Shown here: piece after piece, positions 24,530 through 38,620 of the stretch
How positions within the stretch are numbered: position 1 is the stretch's first letter
How the letters are laid out: each line of letters opens with the position of its first letter
NCBI RefSeq assembly: GCF_006345805.1
Contig: NC_043014.1
Coordinates: forward strand, 41,478,001-41,542,000
Direction of reading: 5' to 3'
Length of the DNA: 64,000 nt
Source of the DNA: Octopus sinensis
Taxonomy: Eukaryota
Made by a program: the position numbers and the translations under genes
Notes under the pieces: generated by a model
Database searches by the model: none
Seen by the model: the letters and a program-made list of their open reading frames with translations, nothing else
What the model was told of the DNA's origin: nothing

Positions 24530-25373
24530 TACGTATAGTGTGTCTATATATATATGTGTGTGTGTGTGTGAGTGTGTCTGTGTGTGAGTGTGTGTGTGTG
24601 TGTGCGTGTGTGTGTGTAGATAGATAGATAGATAAATAGGTAGATAGATAGATAGATATGTCTGTATATATGTATGTATATGCGTATATGTAAATATAGT
24701 GTGTGCATATATGTGTATACATGCATATATATATATGCACACATGTTTACGGACATATATACATATATATTCATACATACATCATATACATACATCATTC
24801 ATACAGACATAGATGAATACGTACACCACACACAAGTGCACATACACATACATACATCATACTTACATACATACGTACACACATACACACATAGTCGTAT
24901 GCATGTACGCATTCATGCATGTATGCATACATACATACATACATATATATATATATACAAAAATACCTTTTGCTGATGGTGAATTTTCAATGAAGAAACC
25001 GTGGATCAAGGTTAGAAACCGATTCTTTCTCTGTTGGCAAGAAATCCTTAAATAAACTCAATAATGACATACATACATACATACATACATGCATACATCA
25101 TACATACATGCATACATCATACATACACACATACATACATACATACATACATACACACATACATACATACATACATACACACACATACATACATACACAC
25201 ATACATACGTACACATATACATACATATATACATACACACACACATACATGCATACATACACACATACATTCATACATACATACATACATGCATACATAC
25301 ATACATGCATACATACATACACACATACATACATACACACATACATGCATATATACATACAAGCAATCATACA

Positions 25374-25405
<32 letters not shown>

Positions 25406-25425
25406 CACATCAATACAAATATATA
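24530..25425. repeat. Compound (TG)n/(GATA)n/(CATA)n microsatellites
   Basis: Direct reading. Confidence 0.9.
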
Positions 25426-27570
25426 ACTTCGTTGCATTAAGGAAGAATATGCAGGTGACTGGGATACCGTACCAATATGGAAACAAAAACAAATACGGTT
25501 GGAGAAAAAAAAAACACTGCATGATAGGGTAGACATAATGAATGGAATTTCATACTGAGAATGGAATGAAGAAACCATCAAAATACTTAGAGACAAGCGG
25601 TAAATATGCCAAGAACGTGAAGAATGAAAACAAGAACAAACCCGAGTGTAAATGAGAGGCTTGAGATAATTAAGGGAGGTATGAAATCCGGGGCCCGGAA
25701 CATTCCAGCAAGCGTCTCCTTTTGTTGCCAGCCCCCCAATTTCTAACTATATGTAGTACTAACATACACATTTTTTTGTACGATCTGATATCCGCTAAAG
25801 ATATAAACACGAAATGATATCCAAGCTAATAACGATATCATATTTAAACTCTCTAATAATGGCTTTTATTTCTGGAATTACAGATGAGCAGATGATTTTC
25901 AGCTCACCTCTGAAGAGCTGTGTTTGTTTATACTGAGACAAATATCTTGGGCGGGATCTCATTAGGTTTAGCATCATTACCAGTTTTGGAGTTTTCTTTT
26001 TTTTTATTTTTTTGCTCCCTTTGACATAACCCATTCACCCCCTCCGCTAAAAAAAGAATAACAATATGAACGTCTACAGCAAAATAAAAAATACTGTTTC
26101 TCCAACCCACAAAACAATGGCGTCAAAGTTTTAAGTGTTGAAACTTTCTGTGTGTGTGTTACATTAAATATTCGCCTGTTCAACGCCAGGCAGCGCACAA
26201 AATGTAACAACGTTAAGGAATATGAACTCGAGCCAAAGGCTGTGACAGAGAATAATAATTACAGGATTTTATAGGATTTTCCAATAAAGACAGACCGTAC
26301 TATTGAAGCAAGACCAGCATATATAATTATAGAGAATTAAAAAAAAGAAGAAAAAAGAGAAACTGAAGGAAAGAAAGAAACAGTGTAAGATTACAGATTT
26401 TGCAACACCATATGAAAAATAGAGCAGATCTCAAATAAATAGAAAACAGATTGGCGGTGCTCCAACATGGCCACTGCCTTAGGACTGAAACGTATGAAAG
26501 AGTAAAAGAGTAAAGATCTGGACGTAGCAAAAGAGACGAAGGAATTGTGAAAGACTAAGACAAGTATTCCTATGGTGGTGTTGAACTTGGTACGATACAT
26601 AAATTGCAGCGAAAGATATGGAATAATATTGGGACTGAGACACGCACTGTCGACCTGCAAATAAGTGTAGTCTTGTATTCTGTTCCGAAATATTAATTGT
26701 TGGAGGAGTTTCGCAGTCGTTTATCTATGTTGTGAAGGGAAATTGGTAAGTGTTGGTTGGCTTAGGTCGCTGTTACTTAGTGGCTCGGCAAAAAGATACT
26801 GATAGAATGAGTAACACACTTAAAAAGAAAACAAAAGAAAAACGTCGTGAGATCGATTTGCTGATTTGATTTGATTTCGATTAAAGCTCTTCGAAGCGGT
26901 GCCCCAGCATGACCTCTGTCAGATGACTGAAACATAGCACCTTGCCTGAACGCAGCATCAACAAATCATTATTTACGACTTATCCTTTAATCCCCAAATG
27001 CACAAATGCACAAATGCAGAGGAAGGATAAAGGCACAACATTCCTGTAGAAAGAACCCCTCGGATTCATCGTTATATACATTGTTGTAAGGCCTGGCATG
27101 AAAGGAAAATATATTTGAATTACTTTGTGTTAAAACTGAAAATACAATCAGTACGAAATACTATACAAGAATCAGCTGTGAAGAACACACTAGCGACTCC
27201 GAAACAAGTTCGATGTTGCATTTTGGGAAGCCACCGTGAAGCGACATTATAGCTGGACTCTTGTACAGCACGTGGGCATTCTGTAGATTACCACTAACGT
27301 GTATTTTGAAATGAATCACAAAAATCTAAGTTTTTCAGTCCGATCAGAGAGCTTCTGATAAATGAAGACAGCTAAACTCAACGAGGAAATCTCAGCAGCC
27401 AATATCCATTCAAATCACACCTTACCGTATCTAAAAGGATCTTATATTCTCTTAAATAACAGGATAATCGCAGCTATAATAGTTTGAACATAAGTCTGCT
27501 AGAGAAGGGAATACAAAAATTTCAAGTAACTTAGGCAATCAAAACCTAAGTATCTTATGATATTTTGAAT

Positions 27571-27748
27571 ATATCGATATCTTTTTGCTGAACTGCTAAT
27601 GCCCGGCACATCGTATACCTAGGTCTGTTTATATGTATGTAAGTATGATTGTATCTGTATGTATGTATGTATGTATGTATGTACGTATTTATGCATGTAT
27701 GTATACAATGTGCCGTGCATTAGCAGTTCGGCAAAAAGATATCGATAT
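27571..27748. repeat. Inverted repeat (48-bp arms, SINE B-derived) around a (TATG)n spacer
   Basis: 27571-27618 and 27701-27748 are reverse complements with 3 mismatches. Confidence 0.8.
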
Positions 27749-27823
27749 ACACAAAATATCATAAGATACACTGAACTCTTGAAGGTGCTGCCTCGGCGTG
27801 TGTACCTCGATCCATCGATTAAT

Positions 27824-28210
27824 TTTAGGAGCACTCCGTCGGTTACGACGATGAGGGTCCCAGCTGATACGATCAACGGAACAGCTTGCTCTTGGAATTA
27901 ACGTGCAAGTGGCTGAGCACTCCACAGACACGTGTACCCTTAACGTAGTTCTCGAGGAGATTCAGCGTGACACAGAGAGTGACAAGGCTGGTCCTTTGAA
28001 TTACAGGTACAACAGAAACAGGAAGAAAGAGTGAGAGAAAGTTGTGATGAAAGAGTACAGCAGGGTTCACCCCCCCCCCCCTGCAGGAGCCTCGTGAAGC
28101 TTTAGGTGTTTTCGCTCAATAAACACTCACAATGCCCGGTCTGGGAATCGAAACCGCGATCCTACGACCGCGAGTCCGCTGCCCTAACCACTGGGCCATT
28201 GCGCCTCCAC
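27824..28210 (-). mobile_element. SINE family C with TSD
   Basis: TSD CCATCGATTAAT at 27812-27823 and 28211-28222. Confidence 0.92.
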
Positions 28211-28964
28211 CCATCGATTAATACAAGTATTAGAATAGACGAACGTACCTTCTTTCTATCTACAATCCACTTTCCCCACCTTTAACCAATAAACCGCTTT
28301 CTCAGGGCGATATAGACATCGTCTTCTCAAATATGCACTCACTACTTCCATTCTTGCTCCAACAGATTCATTTACTATCTGTAATCATTAGTATATAAAC
28401 TTGAGTCAATATAGACTTAACTTGTACTTACAAATAATCTCCATTTGTTTGTATGTAACCAGCCCCCCGAAGCTTTCATTATTGCTAATATAGTCTCACC
28501 CGGCAGTAACAACATTCTTTATTTTAAAGGTTTCTTATACACTCATTAATCATTTGTTCAATCTCCTATGGCTTCTACCTCCTGCTGTACACGTCTAGAA
28601 ACAGCATCAATCTCTCTAAGGCAGTGTAACAGGTTTTCGCTACATACAATACAATTCAAGGTTTCTTTATTAACTGAAAACGAATCAGTTCAAATAGCTT
28701 TTTTTCATTTTACCTTTTTATGACCCTTTAACGTATTTTTCTCTCTTCAACTCTTTTATGATAACTTCTCTATTTTATTATTTTATTAAATATATTTTCC
28801 CATTATATTTTCACTTACATGTCCGTAAGTATGTACGAAGGTATTGGTTTCCTTTATCAAATTTCTGGCCAATAAAGAAAAGAACTGGCTTTCAAGCCGA
28901 AAGCGAAGATTTTTCATTCGAACTTAGACATGGACTACGTAGTCAAGTATATGATTGTGAACGT

Positions 28965-29546
<582 letters not shown>

Positions 29547-29549
<3 letters not shown>

Positions 29550-29994
29550 TGGGCGTGGCTGTGTGGTAAAAAGCTTACTTCCCAATCACTTGGTTCAAGG
29601 TTCAGTCCTACTGCGTGATACCTTGGGCAAGTGTATTCTGCTATAGCCTCGGGCCGACCAAAACCTAGTGAGTGGATTTGTTAGACGGAAACTGAAAGAA
29701 ACCCATCTCGTCATTTTTACAGTCTACGGAGAATTGACTAAAATTTGCCCTGTTGATAATTATACCATATGTTACGTATATATATGTATATATGCATTTG
29801 TGTGTCCGTGCTTGACAACCGCTGTTGGTGTATTTAGGTTCCCGTAACTTAGCAGTTTGGGAAAAGAACACGATAGGATAAGTACTAGGCTTACACAGAA
29901 TAAGTCCTGGGGTCGATTTGTTCGACTAAAGGCGTTGCTCCAACATGGCCGCAGTCAAATGGCAGAAATAAATAAAAGAGTAAAGAGTAAAAGA

Positions 29995-29995
<1 letters not shown>
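29547..29995 (+). mobile_element. SINE family B
   Basis: Head to GGCCGCAGTCAAATGGCAGAAA...AAAAGAG tail. Confidence 0.85.
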
Positions 29996-30036
<41 letters not shown>

Positions 30037-30039
<3 letters not shown>

Positions 30040-30185
30040 CGACGAAAATATTTTCACAAATTAAATTTAAAAGTTGAAGTGAATCTAACGGTTTTGTGTT
30101 TCTTAAACACCTTCCGCGCTGCAAAAAGTTTTCGTTCCAGCACACGATCTAATATCAAGTCACTTGCTATGCAAGTACATCTCTG

Positions 30186-30190
<5 letters not shown>
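30037..30190 (+). mobile_element. 5'-truncated family H5 element between (TA)n tracts
   Basis: AAGCGACGAAAATATTTT...GCAAGTACATCTCTGTAATA matches about 53944-54110. Confidence 0.8.
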
Positions 30191-30229
<39 letters not shown>

Positions 30230-30985
30230 GATATTAAAGTTATCTAGTATCTCTCCGGGGCGCTTTTTTTTTCTGTTATAAAGATAGAAATATTTGTGAA
30301 GATCTACGAAAGCGGTAAGGCGTCTTCGCTGAGATTATTGACAAACTATCTAGGAAGATTAATTCCGAACGTATATGCTCCATACAGGTAGACGAAGGAA
30401 ATATATGTGTATCCAAAGACAATAAATCATTTTGAATATGCTTATGAATGTATGTATATATTTGTTTTTGTAACCTGTATATATATTGTATTTATGTATG
30501 TAAGTATTTATGTATAGATATGTATAAATGGAGATAGACAGATAGATACATACTGACATTCATACATACATGCATACTTAAATACTCACACTTAATATAT
30601 ATATATATTAACTTTTGGTGACGAATGAAATAGCCAGTCTTCACGTGCGTGCATAAAAGTTCGAGAAAACAATAAGAAACGAATTGGAAGGTGAAAGATA
30701 TATTTATGACATGAAGACGTGAAAAAATCAAGACACCGTAGAAAGAGAATGGCGATTGCGAGTCACTGAAGTTATTTGCAAAGTTACCTGAATAATATAG
30801 AAAACAAACAAAAAATTTCTTCGTATTGAAATACATTGTGTTGTTGGCTTTATTGTTTCTCTGTTTCACTTCATAAAACAGTCAGAAAGAAAATAATATA
30901 TGATATATGGACCGTTTGATAGTTAGATAGGAATTATATATATTTGTATGCATACATATGTGTGTCTGCGTATGCGGGGGGTATA

Positions 30986-31256
30986 TGAAGGCACGTGATC
31001 TAGTGGTTAGGCACTCACGATCGCCAGATCGGGGGTTCGATTCGACTCTCTGGCTTGGCGGCGCCTTGTTTTCTTGTGCAAAACATCGTCATTTCTCGCT
31101 ACTCCAATTTATCTTTCAATTGGGGGAGGGGAATTTTGTCCTCTTCGCCTAGCTAGCAGAGTGGTGTATTTCGAAGGTTAAAACGCTTCAAAGTGCATTG
31201 TGACCGGCGCTGTGTAATAACGTTTGAAATATTGGTAGGTCACATAACCACGTCAC
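30986..31256 (+). mobile_element. Decayed SINE, D-like head with F tail
   Basis: GCATTGTGACCGGCGCTGTGTAATAAC...GGTCAC matches the tail of 42827-43105. Confidence 0.6.
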
Positions 31257-31491
31257 ATAGTATACAGTTTGTGTGTGTGTGTTTTGTATGTATATATATA
31301 TATATATATATAATAATAAATATTAGGGAATAAATCCAAATTTACAGGGAAAAAATCAGATTTAGGATTAAATCCAATTTTATAGTAAAATATTATATAA
31401 TATTAATTCGAGACAAAACCACTATTTTGCAAAACAAACAAGGAAAGACTTAATCAATACATAAAAATTTTTAATATAAAGAAATAAACCG

Positions 31492-31534
31492 CCACTACAA
31501 TCGTTTCATGTCTTCAATGACATTCGTCAGGTGG
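31492..31534 (-). ncRNA. Minimal type I hammerhead ribozyme, canonical core (family H1)
   Basis: Exact reverse complement of 31587-31629. Confidence 0.8.
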
Positions 31535-31586
31535 ATTTTCGATCTCCTAATCTTCATAAATTAAAACAGATTAGGAGATCGAAAAT

Positions 31587-31629
31587 CCACCTGACGAATG
31601 TCATTGAAGACATGAAACGATTGTAGTGG
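31587..31629 (+). ncRNA. Minimal type I hammerhead ribozyme, canonical core (family H1)
   Basis: CCAC CTGACGA ATGTC ATTGAA GACAT GAAAC GATT GTA/GTGG; all helices pair; predicted cut after 31625. Confidence 0.8.
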
Positions 31630-31721
31630 CGGTTTATTTCTTTATATTAAAAATTTTTATGTATTGATTAAGTCTTTCCTTGTTTGTTTTGCAAAATAGT
31701 GGTTTTGTCTCGAATTAATAT

Positions 31722-31753
<32 letters not shown>

Positions 31754-31758
31754 ATAGA

Positions 31759-31840
<82 letters not shown>

Positions 31841-32089
31841 ATTATATATATATATATATATATAATATATATATAATATATGTATATATGTATGTAAGTA
31901 TGTATGTATGTATGTATACACATTATATATATATATGTATATATGTATATATATATATACATATATATCCTGATTATACACCACATAGAATATCACATAG
32001 AATTCATGTCTACACACTATCCATTTATAATACGAAAATATGAACTCCTATCGGAATTTACATACCATGGACAAGAAGCTTCTTTACCC

Positions 32090-32386
32090 ATTCTCCACTG
32101 CACGTTCCTTCGATAATGGATCTGGAACTGTAGTGAAACCTGGTTTACAACAAAGAGAGAAGAGCAGAGATTGGTAACGGCGCAGAGAGCCATGGAGAGG
32201 TCAATGCTTGGAATCTCGTTGAGAGAGCACATCAGTAGCGAGGTCATCAGAGAGAAAACCGACGTGGGGGATGTCATCTTAGAATATACACGCAGCAAGT
32301 TTAGATGGGCTGGACACGTCGCCCGGCTCACCGATAATCGGTAGACCCGCAAAGTTGTCGAGTGGTACCCGCGCGAGCGGAAACAT
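32090..32386 (+). mobile_element. RTE-clade LINE, C-terminal ORF fragment (pseudogene)
   Basis: CSETWFTTKREEQRLVTAQRAMERSMLGISLREHISSEVIREKT...KFRWAGHVARLTDNR*TRKVVEWYPRE. Confidence 0.85.
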
Positions 32387-32424
32387 ATGTGTGTGTGTGT
32401 GTGTGTGTGTACTTATGCAAACAC

Positions 32425-33200
32425 AGGCGTGGTTATGAAATAAGGACCACATGGTTCCAGGTTTTGTCCTTATTATGCAAAGTGTCTTACGCTATAGCCT
32501 CGGGTCGACTTGTGAGTGAAATTGGTATCCGAAAACTGAAAGACACCCGTGTGTCTTTGTTTCTGTGTTTATCCCCTACCACCGCTTGACTACCGCTGTT
32601 TGTTTGTTTACGTCTCATTAACTTATCGTTTGGTCTAAAGGAAAGCGGTATCATAAGTACAAGCTTTCGAAAACAAACGAGTACTGAGATCGATTCATTC
32701 GACTAAAATTCCTCAGCATGGCCACAGTCTAATGACTGAAAAGTTGTTTAACCCTGAAGATCAATATCATGCCTGCCATTCTACGCTTTTACCCCTGCAA
32801 ATGTATAGCCATCAATATGGGATATAATTAGTATATTTCTTTCTGTTTACTCTTTTACTCTTTTACTTGTTTCAGTCATTTGACTGCGGCCATGCTGGAG
32901 CACCGCCTTTAATCGAGCAACTCGACCCCGGGACTTATTCTTTTGTAAGCCCAGTACTTATTATATCGGTCTCTTTTGCCGAACCGCTAAATAACGGGGA
33001 CATAAACACACCAGCATCGGTTGTCAAGCAATGCTAGTGGGACAAACACAGACACACACATACATACATATACATATATACGACAGGCTTCTTTCAGGGC
33101 ATTGGTCGGCAGAAGACACTTGCCCAAGATGCCACGCAGTGGGACTGAACCCGGAACCATGTGGTTGGTTAGCAAGCTACTTACCACACAGCCACTCCTG
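32425..33200. mobile_element. Two SINE B copies (+ about 32425-32745, decayed; - about 32845-33200)
   Basis: B head, CORE-like block and tail on each strand. Confidence 0.8.
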
Positions 33201-33735
33201 GACAATTAAATGAAAATTCTTTGTACATAAGAAAACATAAGGCTATTGATGATATTTCTAGTGACTGCTTTGTTACGAGAAATCTACTGAGTATTCAAAT
33301 CGAGTCTCATCCGTTAATGTTTCATGAATTGAACCAGTTTTAATTATCTGTTTTTAGAGAATTAGGTGGTAGTTCTAACTGACGTCTGCACCGAATTTTT
33401 CAGCTGGCTCTGCAACTAACTGTATGATGTTTCTGCAGAATGTGACTGAAAGCTCTAAGGAGACAAAAATGAAAGATTCATTGGAGTGCCGATCTAAATT
33501 ACCCTAGAATATTTATTTCGTTTCGTTGGTGTACGATATTCATTGAAACTGCGCCTGAGATTGTTCTACTGTGTTTCCTTCTAATGCAAGAATTGACTCT
33601 ATGATTAGTTGAACAAAAGGAAAGATTCATCGCTGGAATATTCACAAAATGAAAGAATTATTCCCAGAATATTATCTTTATTGATTCATTAAATTATTAA
33701 TATTTCTATTGAGATTTGAACTTAGAATCTACGTA

Positions 33736-34248
33736 CCGTAAATCCTCGAGTATAGTCCGCCCTTGAGTATAATACGCAGGGGATTTTTAGCGGGGCTGTA
33801 CCCCTGAAAAACCTAAACCTTGTGTATAATACGCACCCACTCTCTTACTTGAGTCAAGGAGTTCTATATAACGTCCTTGGTTTGTAAATATGTATACAGT
33901 AACGTCCTTTATTATTATTGTATATATAATATAATGCAAACGTGTAGCTTTTTTGTGCATTTTATTTGCAGAAAATAAAGTAATAACGGTAATAACATTT
34001 AATAAATGTTGCTTACTGCATGTTATGGATGATTCTTTTATGACTTCATTGCTTACAGTCTTAGCTTAAGATATTTTCCCGCCCGACATCACAAAATGCG
34101 TCTGAATAAACATAGCCAGACAGCAAATAGAGACTCGGACATTGCTTAGAAAATTATTTTCAGTTTTAACCTCGTAAATAGTACGCACTGGGGATTTTGA
34201 CTTTTATATTTAGGGGAAAAAATGCGGATTATACTCGAGGATTTACGG
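33736..34248. mobile_element. pogo/Tigger-type MITE (Tc1/mariner superfamily)
   Basis: TIR CCGTAAATCCTCGAGTATA...TATACTCGAGGATTTACGG, TA on both flanks; half copy at 55585-55828. Confidence 0.85.
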
Positions 34249-34579
34249 TAGCTTTTGCAGCTCCACGTGAATGACAAATCAATCTTTTGTATGAAGACCC
34301 CACTTTAAATGATTTTTGCTGCCATTTTGTTATTTCCTTTTTGTAGCCGTCTTATAGAATTCACATTTTTTTATTTTACGTACAAGCTAGCTCTCTTACC
34401 ATCATATCTGTAATTTATATCGGAGAAAACAAATATCTAAATAAATATCTCTCTCACTCGACTGTAAAAAGATATTCTCACATTTCTATGCGATATAAAT
34501 ATTATTTAAGACATTGAGAAGCCTCATTTCAAATAAACGAAAGGACTGAGTGTATATTGCCCTAAACACGTTCACATAA

Positions 34580-34615
34580 TTATTTATATATATACATACA
34601 TATATACATACATAC

Positions 34616-34657
<42 letters not shown>

Positions 34658-34671
34658 ATATATATATACAT

Positions 34672-34709
<38 letters not shown>

Positions 34710-34878
34710 CATACATATATATATATATATATTATATATATATACATACATACATATATATATGTATATATATATATATCTATATATATATATATATACA
34801 TACATACATATATATATATATTATATATATACATACATACATATATATATAATATACATACATATATATATTATATAT

Positions 34879-34947
<69 letters not shown>

Positions 34948-34969
34948 ATATTATATAATATATATATAT

Positions 34970-35013
<44 letters not shown>

Positions 35014-35059
35014 CATACATACATATATATATATATTATATATATATATACATACATAC

Positions 35060-35105
<46 letters not shown>

Positions 35106-35146
35106 ACATATATATATATATACATATATATATATTATACATATAT

Positions 35147-35191
<45 letters not shown>

Positions 35192-35195
35192 TGCA
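34580..35195. repeat. Long (TA)n/(CATA)n tract
   Basis: Direct reading. Confidence 0.95.
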
Positions 35196-36270
35196 TAATC
35201 CACTTATATTATGTTAAAGATCAAGAAATTGGACATCTGATCCCATATACAAGATGGGCATCTGGTTGCATTGCCAATCCTCTGTGTTGATATAACCCAG
35301 CTATATATGTATTGAATGGGGGTCTTTCCAGATAACCCAAGGTAACATAAAACTTCAGATCTGCACTGCTCTCCGAGGTTGTATAATGTCAGTGTTGAAA
35401 TCTAAACTGGTGTCAGATATTTAAATACAAACAAACACACACACACACACAGAAACATGCACACACACACTCATATACGCACACACAATAAATAGTCAAA
35501 GCAAATACAACAATATATAAAGAAAAAGCAAAGTTGAAACGAAACAAAATATATATTTACATGTGGGTTAGATTCACCCGATGGCAAATAGTTTTAATTT
35601 CCTTGGTAAAAGTGAACAGCTGGTTGTTGTGGGTTGGACTTTCTTTTCTTTCAGCCACTGTTCATATATAATCATAGGTGTTGTCGAAATATATTATACA
35701 AGCAGTGGTATATAAACATGAACGATAGCAATGTTTACATTGAATATGACAGGTAATTCACGTTCTGCATTCACAAAAAATGTGTTAAACCTGAATTATA
35801 CTTTATGTCAGCAAAGACCAAAAAAAGCAGAGAAAAATCGCTAGATGTGCTGATTTTCTTTCAGAACCAAATGTGTGGTCGAAATTTTATTTTAGATTAA
35901 TTGAAAAAAAATCGAAAGTAATCATGATATGGGAATTAATTACGAGTGAACAATTAACTATGTTATTTTTTAATTCTGAAACTTGGAATTGCCAAATTTT
36001 TAGAGAAGATTTGGTTGTGTGAATCAACTTCATTTGCAGATGGAATTATAAAATCGATCTGTAACTTCGACAAAACGTTGCAGATTTTTAGAGAAAGATT
36101 ATAGTCGTTAGCAAAGATAATATTCAATAAAGGGTGAAACGCTTGTGACCTTAAAATACCTGCTGCTGATTAAACAGAAAGGCTTTCCGATATAAGGATG
36201 GATTTAAAAGAAAATCTTGCAATACCTCCGATGTTTACTTCACTCAGTATGTTAATGTTATCTATTTTAT

Positions 36271-36860
36271 TGTTTCTTTATTGCCCACAAGGGGCTAAAC
36301 ATAGAGGGGAAAAACAAGGACCGACAAAGGGATTAAGTCGATTACATCGACCCCAGTGCGTAACTGGTACTTATTTAATCGACCCCGAAAGGATGAAAGG
36401 CAAAGTCGATGTCGGCGGAATTTGAGCCCAGAATGTAGCGGCAGACGAAATACCTATTTCTTTACTACTCACAAGGGGCTAAATATTGAGGGGAAAAACA
36501 AAGGGATTAAGTCAATTACATCGACCCCAGTGCGTCACTGGTACTTAATTTATCGACCCCGAAAGGATGAAAGGCAAAGTCGACCTCGGCGGAATTTGAA
36601 CTCAGAACCTAGCGGCAGATGAAATACCTATTTCTTTACTACCCACAGGGGACTAAACACAGAGGGGACAAACAAGGACAGACAAACGGATTAAGTCGAT
36701 TATATCGACCCCAGTGTGTAAATGGTACTTAATTTATCGACCTCGAAAGGATGAAAGGCAAAGTCGACCTCGGCGGAATTAGAACTCAGAACGTAGCGGC
36801 AGACGAAATACCGCTAAGCATTTCGCCCGGCGTGCTTACGATTCTGCCAGCTCGCTGCCT
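36271..36860 (-). mobile_element. SINE A trimer inside one TSD pair
   Basis: Units start at 36271, 36455 and 36629, one head; TSD TGTTATCTATTTTAT at 36256-36270 and 36863-36877. Confidence 0.9.
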
Positions 36861-37191
36861 TGTGTTATCTATTTTATAGTCGCGGAGAAGTGTATCGTAA
36901 ACGCAATTAATTTGGGGTTTGTACTCTAACTTATTGAAGAAGTAGATTGTAACACTACAAAGCTTTTAGTCCAGCAGTCAGTTACTGTCTCCTGATTAAA
37001 TTACACAATTAGAATATCAATCCGAAGAGGCTGATGACAATCTGAAAGCTGATCTATGTTTTTACTATTATTTAAATATAAATAATCGAACTGTATAACA
37101 TTTTTCTATCAGCTTTACACACGTTTATTTGACAGAAGAATAATTAAGCGTAAAAAAATATTAATAGAAAAGCGAATACATTATTTGAAAC

Positions 37192-37610
37192 GGATCTTTT
37201 CGGTTTGAACGGCAGTTTTTTAAAATAATTCCCACGTAACTAAACACTTTTAAACTTCGTATACTGGTAGAATGTGTTTATAACACATTTTTTTCTCTTG
37301 GCTTATTTGAGAAAATTCTATAGTTTGTAAGATAATTGTTGTTTTTTCTTCTTCAATTTCTGCAATTTCAACCAATCGATGACCGTCTATTGAGGTGAAA
37401 ACATTCTGTGCCGTATGAAAATGTCCCTCATTTAAGAAACAGATTGGGTTTATTTACATTTGTGAAGAAAAAAAGATACCCTTCCCCCACCCCTAACCAA
37501 CCCTAACTAACCCTAACCCTAAAACAATAGATCGATACTAGGGTCATAATTATGGGTGACAATTTTATATGACACCGCTAGAAAAACTGCCGTTCAAACC
37601 GAAAAGATCC
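37192..37610. mobile_element. Non-autonomous TIR element, inverted relative to 20153-20561
   Basis: GGATCTTTTCGGTTTGAACGGCAG...CTGCCGTTCAAACCGAAAAGATCC; internal CCTAAC repeats. Confidence 0.85.
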
Positions 37611-38303
37611 TTTAAAACTCCAACGTTTCAACTTTAAACATTTTTTTTACTACTACTACAGATTTTAAACAAAACAATACATAAAGATATGTAAATATTT
37701 TTTTACAGGTCTTGTTCTTACTTTTAGTCGGTTGAAAACTTAGATATTCCGGTATATAGCTAAAATTTCTGTCGATAGTGCTGTACTCTAGCAATTTCTG
37801 AGACTGATATGATGAATGAATAGGAAGCGATGTTGAGACGTATGAAACCGTGCATTTGAATACAAACTGCTGAATACGAAGGCAGAACTTAAATTTTCAA
37901 ACAAAATTTAGCGCCTGCTGAATAGATTATTAAAATAATAAATAGAAATGGTTTAACACAACACACATACGCACGTATATATATATATATATAATCTCCA
38001 GCTGCTTCAGGTGAAAATTGTCAAAGTGTAGTAGAACGGTTTAGCATTTTCAAAAGTGTATTAAGTCCCACATACAACAGTTTTGCAGAAATATTTTCTA
38101 GCTGAAAATGTCATACATGCATGGAGCTTCGATTTTATGCACCCAAAATAGTATTATTTGTCCAGCTGAAACTGTTGCTAATGTAAAAAATAACTAAAAT
38201 GGAATGGTGAAACTATTTTTTTGTTTTCTGAAAAACCAACGTTTAGGCCTTACAACACTTTTGCGTAATAGCAACGATATATATATTTATATATGTATGT
38301 ACG

Positions 38304-38620
38304 TCTTTTATTCGTCGCCTTTTCAAGCCTAGCCAGGCTCATGGGCCCGGTTTCCCGGTTTCTGTGGCGTATGTGTTCCCCGCAGCTGGACGGAATGCCA
38401 GTCCATCGCAGCGTTACACAAGAAACAAGAAGAGAGAATGAGAGAAAGTTGTGGCGAAAGAGTACAACAGGGGTCACCACCATCCCCTGCCGGAGCATCG
38501 TGGAGCTTTTAGGTGTTTTCGCTCAATAAACACTCACAACGCCCGGCCTGGGGATCAAAACCACGATCCTACGACCGCGGCGAGTCCGCTGCCCTAACCA
38601 CTGGGTCATTGTGCCTCCAC
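38304..38620 (-). mobile_element. Mosaic SINE: C head with V-like block and D tail
   Basis: rc 5' half matches 1180-1350, 3' half matches 8455-8560. Confidence 0.85.

Larger units (their letters stand above)
31312..31727. mobile_element. Family H1: full unit on - plus inverted partial unit on +; 160-bp perfect arms, 14-nt spacer
   Basis: Arms 31394-31553 and 31568-31727; (TA)n on both sides; second copy 54195-54471. Confidence 0.88.

Noticed and set aside
35655-35752. Candidate plus-strand exons at 35655-35752, from about 47532, and 63862-63973
   Set aside because: Splice-like ends and one open frame, but no recognisable protein motif; expected by chance in AT-rich DNA.
36271-36860. Regular repeats resembling a CRISPR array or satellite
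   Set aside because: Units are whole SINE bodies without unique spacers, in a eukaryotic context with no cas genes.
37025-37065. CTGATGA...GAAAG hammerhead candidate
   Set aside because: Neither helix I nor helix II can pair.
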